A stretch of 64,000 nt of DNA from Eledone cirrhosa. Taxonomy: Eukaryota. The position numbers were made by a program, and so were the translations under genes. Positions 1-10,692 of the stretch are shown in pieces; positions within the stretch are counted from its first letter, which is position 1; each line of letters begins with the position of its first letter. The stretch is from positions 18,972,001 through 19,036,000 of the forward strand of contig OZ024743.1 in assembly GCA_964016885.1 (NCBI GenBank), given 5' to 3'. The notes beneath the pieces are model-generated. The model did not search any database and was not told the origin of the DNA. It saw nothing but the letters and a program-made list of their open reading frames with translations.

Positions 1-405
1 TTTTCCCTTCGTTAATTTTCAAATTCTTTTAATTTATACATTATCTTCCAACGGTTTTCAACCTCTCTATGTAAAACAATATATCTTCTCTCAGTTATAA
101 AAACTATCTCTTTCTCTCTATCACCCATCTCTCCCTCTCCACCTTCACTCTCATCTCCTCCCCTTTTTTCATCCTTTCCACCCCCACCCCCTCTCTAAAT
201 AAAATATTTTTCCCAATATCACACATCAATCTAAAACTACTTTTCATATGTTGATTTAAAACTGTACTATCCACAAGTGTTTTTTAGCCTTCATATCATG
301 TTCTCCTGTTTTATCTGATGAAAACAAAAATATTATTGCATGATGATGTTTGTTTTTGAAATGCGCATAATAAAATACATGGAACTCCTTTAACCATCTT
401 TTGAT

Positions 406-408
<3 letters not shown>
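1..408 (+). mobile_element. 3' end (3' UTR/pseudo-LTR) of a Penelope-like element, same family as 59876-64000, ending in (TA)n
   Basis: Closely matches 63686-64000 (+) and the reverse complement of ~59876-60270; carries a hammerhead motif; abuts a TA tract at 408. Confidence 0.85.
309..375 (+). ncRNA. Minimal type-I hammerhead ribozyme motif
   Basis: TTTTAT-CTGATGA-AAACAAA...TTTGTTTTT-GAAA-T-GCGC-A-TA-ATAAAA: 6-bp helix I, A/U-rich helix II, palindromic GCGC loop III, AUA cleavage triplet. Confidence 0.8.
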
Positions 409-442
<34 letters not shown>

Positions 443-1105
443 GCGTTTCCATAGAGAAGCCTTACGTCATTAGGGAGTCTATTCTCAGCTAAGCTTCCAG
501 GCAATGCGGGGACACTGGGAACTTATATAAAAATAATTCAGTGGATGGAAAAAAGCGAGCGGCGACTAGATTCCAAGACATTGAAAAATTCGCTGCCTAC
601 TTGGTCAAGTGGTAAATTCAAAAGAATCAATGACGTGACACTGAGGTTAATCAGCTAGGAGTGGGGTGCTATTAAGACAGAGCCTAGCCACTACTATTAG
701 TCACAGTAGTAATTTCGGCAAGTTTTGCTCAACAAATAATTTGGAGATAATTATAAAGAATTAGTATATTTACCAACATATGTATACAGATGCATACGTA
801 TGCTAGCAAATATATATGTTTTGTCGTAGCAACTTTGTGGTTCTATGCAAGGGGATGCAGAACAATTATATGAAAGACGTAAATAAGAAAGTTATGAAAA
901 TTGACTTACATACTAAAATTTCACTCCAACTAATTAGTTTCTTTAAGGGGATAAATATGTTTACGAAGCGTTTCCATAGAGAAGCCTTACGTCATCAGGG
1001 AGTCTATTCTCAGCTAAGCTTCCAGGCAATGCGGGGACACTGGGAACTTATATAAAACTATTTCAGTGGATGGAAAAAAGCGAGCGGGGACTAGATTCCA
1101 AGACA
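443..1105 (-). mobile_element. Non-autonomous mini-element with ~140-bp direct terminal repeats (pLTR-like), between TA tracts
   Basis: 443-581 is repeated at 968-1105. The minus strand of the second copy reads CTGATGA-CGTA...TATG-GAAAC; the first copy has CTAATGA. Confidence 0.6.
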
Positions 1106-1136
1106 TATGCATATATATAAACATATATATATATAC

Positions 1137-1202
<66 letters not shown>

Positions 1203-1204
1203 GC

Positions 1205-1300
<96 letters not shown>

Positions 1301-1309
1301 ATATATATA

Positions 1310-1374
<65 letters not shown>

Positions 1375-1485
1375 GCATATATATATATATATATATATGC
1401 ATATATATATATATGCATATATATATATATGCATATATATATATATGCATATATGTATATGCATATATGCATATATATATATATA

Positions 1486-1576
<91 letters not shown>

Positions 1577-1594
1577 ACACACATATATATATAT
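1106..1594. repeat. Compound (TA)n microsatellite with TG/GC interruptions
   Basis: Seen directly; it explains the YIYI pseudo-ORFs. Confidence 0.97.
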
Positions 1595-2082
1595 TGCCAA
1601 GACGTATTTGGATTTGGCACTTTTCCCATATAGGAAATCAATATTTTCTATATGTGTTGTATGAGTTGACTGAGTCAAACATCCTGAATATCTCCAGACG
1701 TATCCAATATACACACAGTAAAATTAGCTTTGCGGTCGCCCCTCAGAATGTATACTCATTAAAGGATACTATTACTGCAGAAGTAACCCGGTACAAGCTC
1801 ATCAAATATTTATTTTGGAAGGAAACAATCCCCTAATTAGAGATATTGATGGATCATAAAATGTGTTAGAACTTCAAATATTCAGTGAAATTCATTTATC
1901 ATATATATTCATGTGTTTCTTTCTATATGAAAGAAATACATGAGAGATTGAAAGAGAGATTGCGTTAGAGACAGACATAATTAGGTTTTAGATTTTTACG
2001 TCACTAATAATTCTATATATATAAATATAGACATATATACATATGTACATATGTGTGCGTGCGTGTGTGTGTGTATGTGTGT

Positions 2083-2134
<52 letters not shown>

Positions 2135-4064
2135 ATTAGTGTGTGTTTGCTTGCATGCGTGTGCGCGTGCGAGCGTATTTGTTAGAAAATGTGAGAAATG
2201 TGTACGTCATTGTTTTAGATCGCTTTTATATCACCCTTCACCAGAAGAGAAAAATTAAGACATGCCTATACGCACACTACCACTTGCATACAAACCACAT
2301 TTGTATATATAAGCATAACACCCACGAACCTATATATAGAGAGAGAGTCACACATTAACACGCACACATGTAGGCGCATACAGGTCCACACACGCGGAAA
2401 CAAACACCCTCATGTCCCCCCCCCCAAAAAAAAAACCCACCCACCACACATATATCTATAGATATATAAAGACGTTTCCACGCATGTATCTGTATATATA
2501 CACGTATATATAGAGACCAAGCAGCCAAACACTTTCTATTGTATGTACATATGCACATTAGCAGGTATACAAGTAAACTCAAATTTACATATATTCATTC
2601 ACATGTACACACACATACAGGGAAATATACGTAAAGGAAATGAAATGAGACGAATTAGCGAGGTTGTGATACAGAAAGAAACAGTGAGAGAGGGTGAGTA
2701 AAAGGAGATAGGATATACCATTTTATGTTTTCAGAAATGTTGGAGGCTTATCTAGCAACATTATTCTCGTGTTATTAATGGGCAACCTTTCAATGCGTAT
2801 GTGTTATTCAGAGCTTTCTTTGTTCTAATATATTACTCTAATAGCAAGACGAATTCAGTAAAAATTTCCGTTCTGGAATCTACGTTATTTCTTTCACCAT
2901 CTCCAGCTGCAAATTTAGAGCTTTACCGAATAATCTCTTCGTGTTTACTGAAACGGATATTTTATTATTTACTATCATTACAATTTTATTCATTTTATTG
3001 ATTTATTTCAGTAATATTCCTCGCAACGCTTGGCTATTTTTCTTAAGATATATAACGTGAATCGAAAGATAAATTTCTACAAAGTACTCAATAAAATATA
3101 AGGCAATATGAACCAATACAGAATATCTAGGAAACGCTTATAAATATCTTTAGTTCCAAAGGAAATAAATACGTTTAAAGCTCATTGTTTTCCTATTCTG
3201 ATGGTTTCTAAATGAATTTCTTCACGTACTTTACTAACTGGAAATATAGCAAGCATGGGTACATTTTATTTCAAAACTTCTTCAAGCAAATCATATTCTG
3301 AATGATCAAGGACCATCATTTACTGGACAACATGTGATGTAGCATCCACATACATATACATATACAATTTACATATATATATATATGTTTGTATGTATGT
3401 ATGTATGTATGTATGTATGAATGTATTGGCCTGCTGATATGTATCTGATTGCATGTGCAGGTTTCCTTGTCTATGAACACAAGCGTAACAGAGCAATTAT
3501 TATTTCCTGTTCATTTAGGCAAAAGCTTCACTTTGAACAGAAATAAATAGCACATTTCCCATCAATATCGTCCATATTCATTATATGTAACATATTTGAT
3601 GTTCGAAAACTACCATATTTACATTAGTATACACATTTTTCATAGGGAAATCTAAATAATTCACCATGAAAACAACAATCTCATATTTTCTGTACATTAA
3701 ATTGATTTTCGGGTGATGTCTACATTTGAATTTTTTTACTGCCTGCATATTTTTTGACAAACGCACGCGCTTACACAAAGTCATATGCATTTACATATGT
3801 ATTATATAAATTTGGGTACAACTGTGTATATGTAAAGAGCAATCATCATTTAATGTGCAAATGGAGATTATTTATATTAACAACATGATTTAAAGTCGCA
3901 ATACCAGCGGTTACAAAGCAAATATTTTCAACAGACTACATTATAGAAACTTATCTGATAAGATCGTCTTGTTTCCGCCGTGAAACTGTTGATAATGGAG
4001 GGCATGTGGAGCTAGTGATATACATTCATATGTTATTTGCTAATCCTTCCCATTATTACCAGCA

Positions 4065-4745
4065 ATCCCATTTATACATTTTTTTAATGTTTATAAATAC
4101 TAATGTAACGCATGAGTCATCACTTCTCTCCCCATTAATGTCAATGGCTTACGTTTTTTTATATAACACGATATCTTACTTTCGTTCCTTTTTTCTTCCT
4201 TTCTCGTGCTATAACAGACCACACTTTTTCTTTACGTCGCGTAAAATTATTTGTGTACTTGTAGCTTAACACCTATAAATTAATATTTTGTCTCACATGC
4301 CAGACGTCAAGACCCCCGATGTACTAGAAGTACCAATGGTAGGATTCGAAACTTACAGACGTCTATCTGAACGGATAATGGCCCTGGAGTTATGTGTCAT
4401 TCGTTTGCATTTTTATGCTTTTAAAATATCTTTCTTAAGATTTCCCGTTAAAAGTTGTATATCTTTTCCCTTTTGTGTTCATTTGGGGTCTTGTCACCTC
4501 TTTGTATATTTTTTTAAAGTTTATCAATACTACCGTGACCAATGTGTTATCTAGTCTCTCCCCATTTATTTCAAAGGCTTACATTTTTAACACGATATTT
4601 TACTTTCTTCGTGCGTTTTTCTTTGTTTCATTCATGAGATTTCGTGCTATAAGAAGCACCACACTTTTTTCCCTGGTATCACATAACATTGTTTCGTTTA
4701 GCTGTTGTAAATTAATTGCTATGAATTAAAGTTTTGTCTCTCGTA
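4065..4745. repeat. Old diverged direct duplication (~4065-4300 vs ~4500-4745)
   Basis: Shared blocks such as TCTCTCCCCATT, GGCTTAC, TAACACGATAT, TCGTGCTATAA, CCACACTTTTT and TTTTGTCTC. Confidence 0.6.
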
Positions 4746-4779
4746 TTTTATTCTATTGGACATTCCCTTCTCCACTTTG

Positions 4780-5400
4780 TAGCCAGCCCGTTCCCCTAGA
4801 GATGTGCCTGGCTCAATACAGTAGCATCACCGTCGATTGGCCCCCAGCTGGACAGTACCTATCTGCGTATTGGTGTTTCCACGAGGTTCGGCCCCCGGAC
4901 AGCTGAGCCGTAGAAATGCCGATGCAGATCCACTGTGGATTATTTTGTTCTCCACCCACTAACATGCCGTTTCAGTGCTGGTCACCTTTTGTGACACGCT
5001 GTTCTCAACGAGTTTGTAAAGTATGTCTTTGAAGCCGCAAGTTTCCTTTGCTCACTGAGGTGATTTGGTGCTGGACCAAGTCGACGTCAAATGGTCTGGC
5101 TGCAAGAAAATCTTTCTGTTCGGTTACGGTACCACTCATTTGGGATTTCACATGTTTTAACACCTTCTCCAGCTGAAAACTGTTGCGTTCAGATACCAGA
5201 CCAATCGATTTTTCGTTGCTGGTCATACCGAAGAGGGCAACCTGATAAACTATCAGTTTCTCTCTGACAGGTTTCTGTTCCAGCATGTGGAAATGGAGAC
5301 TTCTGGCGTTCTTAGCCCTAGTACCACATCCCTACTTACTACTATCTAGGATGTGTTGGCTACGCGAAATAGGCAGCAGCACGAAGTCTAGTGGCAGTCT
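4780..5400 (-). pseudogene. Possible decayed LINE ORF1 (gag-like) fragment
   Basis: Higher GC than the surroundings, a 93-aa minus ORF, and a frameshifted CY..GH-like knuckle remnant near 4800-4840. Weak evidence. Confidence 0.25.
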
Positions 5401-6038
5401 CAGCGGTGTATCCCACGGCTACTTATTCTCTATCAAAACTCTTCAATACACATCACACACACATACAGGCGCCTAATCGCAGATAACACAGGCAAACACG
5501 CAGTAAGCAAAATTTATTAAAGTAGCACATTAATTGTTGTATATGAAAACTAGTGAAATAAAGGCACGACTATCTATATATTTACAAATGAATATATACT
5601 GTTTGAATTGAAACAACACGTATATACAGCAACCAATCAAACATAAAACAGTAACTAACGGATGCCGAACGCATAATTGTATAGTTTCAATAATAGAATA
5701 AATTCAGCAAACATTGTAAAATGGTCACATAAACTGTTAAGATTTTTGTTTTGTTTTATCAAACTTGACATATTTGTTTTCTTTTATTTGCTTTGGAAAC
5801 ATGTTTGAAAGTACATAATATTTTCTAAAGTGTATATGACAAAGGAAAAAGAAAATACAGTTGCTTCCAGGCTTCATGTGCATTTTCAAAATTAATATCA
5901 CTGCAAGTGTGCATGCATGTATGTATGTATGTATGTATGTATGTATGTATGTATGTATGTATGTATGTATGTATGTATGTGCGTATGTGTGTTTGCGTGT
6001 GTATGCATGTATGTATGCATGTACGTACGTACGTGTGC

Positions 6039-6094
<56 letters not shown>

Positions 6095-6096
<2 letters not shown>

Positions 6097-6480
6097 GGAC
6101 AAATTAAAACGAAATTTCATTTCTCACTCTTAGTACGGCTGTTACTTAATTATAAGTATGTGTACGTACATACATATATGTATACAGACGTACAGTAGTA
6201 TGTATATATATATATATACACATACATGCACACATATATATATATATATATGTACGTATGGATTCAGTGAACATTTATTATGATGCTCGGAGTGTTTGTA
6301 AACAAACACCCCGAATTAAGCCGTACACTGTCTAGCGACCATCGTTGCTCATTTGTTCAACACTGACTAAGGAACGCTGTACTAGTTTCAAGCTTATTAG
6401 CTATCGTCAGCAACGTATACCTTCCTGCAAGATGGTTGAACGTCTGAAAGTATATACTGAAAGTATATACGTCTGTATAC
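6095..6480. mobile_element. Non-coding repeat family A (hammerhead-bearing), copy 1
   Basis: Blocks shared with 38260-38700 and 58168-59135, e.g. GTACTAAGAGTGAGAAATGAAATTTCGTTT and TTTGTTCAACACTGAC; flanked by TA tracts. Confidence 0.8.
6374..6416 (-). ncRNA. Minimal hammerhead ribozyme motif (family A)
   Basis: Minus strand ACGTTG-CTGACGA-T-AGC-TAATAA-GCT-T-GAAAC-TA-GTA-CAGCGT: helix I 6 bp with one GU pair, palindromic ACTAGT helix III. Confidence 0.8.
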
Positions 6481-6530
6481 ATATATGTATGTACGTATAC
6501 ATACTTATATATATATATATATATATATAA

Positions 6531-7067
6531 AAAATATTAAACAAATAATGAATAAACAATTCCTTATATTAAACAAAAAAAGTTCATTATTTAACGATCG
6601 TTTCTAGGATATATATGTGTTAGAGTTGGCATGCATATTCAACAGATCTATGTACAAAATTATACAAAATTATACAAACTATCAAGATTAAATATACATA
6701 CCAACACATATATACGCCGTCTTCAGAAATAATTATTTCTGAAGACGGCGTATATATGTGTTGGTATGTATATTTAATCTTGATAGTTTGTATAATTTTG
6801 TATAATTTTGTACATAGATCTGTTGAATATGCATGCCAACTCTAACACATATATATCCTAGAAACGATCGTTAAATAATGAACTTTTTTTGTTTAATATA
6901 AGGAATTGTTTATTCATTATTTGTTTAATATTTTATCTTGACTCTGTATACCGTTTATCTTTCACCGAAAGTGATTTTTCATTACATTTCTTCTTTCCAT
7001 GATATCCGGAATACATTGAGTTCTTCATACGGATTGGACACTACCGTAAACTCTTGGTAGATTTATC

Positions 7068-7070
<3 letters not shown>
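6531..7070 (+). mobile_element. Fold-back mini-element: ~404-bp palindrome (6531-6934) plus unique tail, in (TA)n
   Basis: Arms are reverse complements centred at 6732/6733 (CTTCAGAAATAA|TTATTTCTGAAG); tail at 6935-7070; TA tracts on both sides. Confidence 0.9.
6733..6878 (+). ncRNA. Hammerhead motif with long helix II (mirror copy on minus strand)
   Basis: TTATTT-CTGAAGA-...TATATATGTGTTGG...CTAACACATATATA...-GAAAC-GATC-GTT-AAATAA. Confidence 0.75.
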
Positions 7071-7115
<45 letters not shown>

Positions 7116-7174
7116 ACTCATTCTATCCATAGACTATCTTATGACACACAAATGACTAAAGAGATTAATAATTA

Positions 7175-7364
7175 TTTCTACATTCATTTGGCACAAGACC
7201 AGCAATTATCTCAGTGTATTACTGGTGCTTTATTTTATCGACCCCGTAATCATGAAAGGCAAAGTTAACCTCGGCGGGATTTGAACTCAGACCATAAAGG
7301 GTCGTAAATATTTGCTGCAAAGCATGGCATCCGCCGCTCTACCAATACTACCAATCCACCGCCC
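7175..7364 (-). mobile_element. tRNA-derived SINE
   Basis: Minus strand starts GGGCGGTGGATTGGTAG (A-box-like), then B box GAGTTCAAATCC and central GGGGTCGATAAAATAAAG.ACCAG; four copies in the window. Confidence 0.85.
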
Positions 7365-7384
7365 TACTACAGAGATTAATAATT

Positions 7385-7552
7385 GTTTCTACTGTTTGGC
7401 ACAAGGCCAGCAATTAACCAGTACATTACTGGTACTTTATTTTATCGACCCCGTAAGGATGAAAGGCAAAGTTAACCTCGACGGGATTTGAACTCAGACC
7501 GTAAAGGGACGTAACTATGCTGGAAAGCATAGCGTCCGACCCTCTACCGCCC
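7385..7552 (-). mobile_element. tRNA-derived SINE (second tandem copy)
   Basis: Same B box and central domain; more similar to the 9821-10005 copy than to its neighbour. Confidence 0.85.
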
Positions 7553-8617
7553 TACAGAGATTAATAATGGAATCAAATAACCATCTTCAGCGTTTGGTAG
7601 CCAACTGCGCCCTGTTTTCTCTGACGAATCTTCGGTTTTCTATGAAGATTACTATTTACCAAGTTGTGTTTGTTTGTCTCTCATGTTTGAATGTGAAGCA
7701 TGACTCATAAAGGAAGTAAGCAGAACATATAACCTTCCACATCCGCCAGATGATATATGTTATGCTGAATAACGTTATCATCGAATCAGTGATTATTCAG
7801 ATAAATCATAAACATACACATGCATTCGCATACAGTCACATTCACACATGTGGGCACAGACGTGCAGACACAGAGTCAGACGCATATGTATATATCGAAT
7901 GAGAGCGTCAAAGAAAGAGGGAGCGACAGAGAGGCGGAGGTCTGCGACATGTGAACCTAACAAGGTATTCGAAGCATCTATTTACGGAGGATACTACGAA
8001 CATCGAAGTAAAAGAATTTATTTTCAAAATATGAATTGCAAAATACTTATGCAAAGAAAGTATGTGTATATTTAATTCGTAATAAATCTTTTGAAATGTG
8101 TAGATTTTATCATGAATTTTAGATTCCTTCGGTTGATGTTGAAAGAGCCAGAGTTCGATGGAACTATTCTATAAATACCGTTTTATAACTAGGTTAAATA
8201 TAGAATATCGGGAAGTTAAATGCTTAACATTCGAGCACGACAAATTAGAATCATGTGTTTTTAATAGGTAAATAGAATAACAATTTATGCACACATACCT
8301 ACTTATACACACTTATGTTTGTATGTATGTACGTTAGTAAGTTGGTAAATATGTATGCGTGCATGTATGGATATCTAATACTATGTATTCGATTTCAATG
8401 ACAATAAACAAAAGTAATATTCCCTTTTAGAATGCCTATTCTTAATAGGACCATCCTTACTGAATCTTTTGAGTCTGTTATTTTTCCGCACCTCACTGTT
8501 ATTAAGATTACTGAATTTCCAGAATAATTAGAAACAGGGGAATCATCTGTGGATTTAACCTTCAAATAAAAATAATATACATATACAGATGTATAAAAAC
8601 GTACACATAATTTCAAA

Positions 8618-8659
<42 letters not shown>

Positions 8660-8707
8660 ATATGAACACGTACGGACACACTCACACACATACACGCGCA
8701 CACACAT

Positions 8708-8763
<56 letters not shown>

Positions 8764-8770
<7 letters not shown>

Positions 8771-8950
8771 TGAGATTCTACAGGACTAGAACTGTTTCAT
8801 TCATTTGAAATCATCAGGAATACTGATGATTTCAAATGAATGAAACAGTTCTAGTCCTGTAGAATCTCATCTATATTAAAACTGTGATACTCTGCTATGT
8901 ATTGAGTACCTTACTTACTGTGGTTACCTCCGATTCAACCCGGAATAACG
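8764..8950 (+). mobile_element. Fold-back mini-element (54-bp arms 8764-8817/8823-8876, 5-nt spacer, tail) with hammerhead core
   Basis: The right arm starts exactly at CTGATGA-T-TTC-AAAT-GAA-T-GAAAC...GTC; TA tracts flank the element. Confidence 0.8.
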
Positions 8951-8969
8951 TATATATATATATATATAT

Positions 8970-9390
8970 AATGGTGGGATGTGTGGTTGCAATTAAGTAT
9001 AATGAAAATAAAAGTTACGGGCGAAAGAGAGTAATATCCATCATCAGTTGTCTGCTAGGAATCATAGGTATTTCTTCGAGTTAGAGACAATATACCTCAC
9101 CCTAGTGCGAGCAATAACGAAAATAAGTTATTGGGATAAAAAAGGGGGAGGGAGAGAGAAAGAAAACTTAAACAGACACGAAAAGTGAAGCAACGTAAAA
9201 AGAACAAAAATATAAAGTCTACAAATGTTTTTCAGACTTAAGTCCTGGCGTGTTTGACGAGAGAACAGACACGGCTTCACTGTATATTGTCCACTGATTC
9301 CTAGCAGACAACTGATGATGGATATTACCTCTTTCGCCCGCAACTTTTATTTTCATTATACTTAATTGAAACCACTCAGCACGCCATTTT
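8970..9390. mobile_element. Fold-back element with ~95-bp imperfect inverted arms (8970-9064 / 9295-9388)
   Basis: TCCATCATCAGTTGTCTGCTAGGAATCA is mirrored by TGATTCCTAGCAGACAACTGATGATGGA; starts at a TA tract. Confidence 0.7.
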
Positions 9391-9695
9391 ATTCATATAA
9401 TTTTCCTTCTCCGCTGTGACCCTTCTTTTCTCTTCCCTTGTTGCTATCATCTCTCTCCCCCTTCTCTCTCTTTCTCCTTCTTACTTTCGATCACCCCATC
9501 AGCTAGTCACCTCCTCTCTGCTAGCCTGCCATTATAACTATCGCTTTCTCGTTTCCTCTTACTTTCACTCACTACCTCTCTGGTAGTCACCCTCTCTCCG
9601 CTAGCTCACTTTCCCCCTCGTCCACCACTGCAAGCAGTCTCGTTTCTCGCTCACACTGATAGTGTCTGTTCTCTTGTCACACTTGTCAGGACTTA

Positions 9696-10005
9696 TATAA
9701 TAAAATAATAACAAATATTTTAAAAAAATAATAATAAAAATAATAAAATAAAATAATATAGACATAATAAAATAATAAAAAATAATAAAATAATAAAATA
9801 ATATAATATAATAAAATAATTGTTTCTATTTTAGGCCCAAGGCTAGCAATTAGCCAGTGCATTACTGGTACTTTATTTTATCGATCACGCAAAGATGAAA
9901 GGCAAAGTCAACCTCGGCGGGATTTGAACTCAGATCGTAAAGGGACGTAACTATGCTGGAAAGCATGGCGTCCGACACTCTACCAATACTGCCAATCCAC
10001 CGCCC
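9696..10005 (-). mobile_element. tRNA-derived SINE with expanded A/T-rich simple-repeat tail
   Basis: Body at 9821-10005 with B box; (TAAAA/TAA)n at 9696-9820. Confidence 0.85.
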
Positions 10006-10692
10006 TGTAATAAAATAAAATAATAATAATACAACACGGTGCATGTGTGATTATCCACCGATGCTCCGTGCTAAACGTAAATAAATATATATATAGAATG
10101 ATAGACATGTTTCTTTATTAGCCACAGGGGCACAAAAGAAGGGGACAAATACAAAGGGGGAAGTTTACACGCAATAAAAACATGTAAAATATTATCACAA
10201 ATGTAATTTAAAAGTTAATCGATTTTCCCCAATAGGCGGAGACAATTCATATGGGTAACACATACACCCGAAAAAAATATGCAACCCTCATCTCCAGGAG
10301 TACGAAGAGTTTGTACCCCTTTCCTCTCTTCCTCCTTTTCCTCAACCTACAGGCTGATATAGAGAGAAGGCCCCTTCACTCGGGCCATTCCCGCCACTTT
10401 CACCCACCTTTCATAAAACTTACTGGGGTACAGCACCTCTCTCTCCATCCTGATTGTTCTTCCAAAGTGGTATTTGAAAAAAAGAATCAGTTGTTGCAAC
10501 CCTTTTTTCCTTTTTTCCTTTTTTTCCTTTTTTCCCTTTTTTCCTTAGGAGCACAGAGAGGGGGTTCTCCTTTGAACTTTCACCTTTCCACCTACAGGCT
10601 GATAAAGAGAGAAGGCCATTCACACGGGCCATTCTTGCTACTTTTACCCACCTTTAATATAACTTGCTGGGGTAGAGCACCTCTCTCTCCAT

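Noticed and set aside
1014-1836. Long YIYIYI / VCVC / HTHT ORFs here and throughout
   Set aside because: They are translations of (TA)n and (CA)n microsatellites, which lack stop codons in most frames.
7175-10005. tRNA genes
   Set aside because: A/B boxes are followed by a SINE body and tail in multiple copies; no cloverleaf was found.
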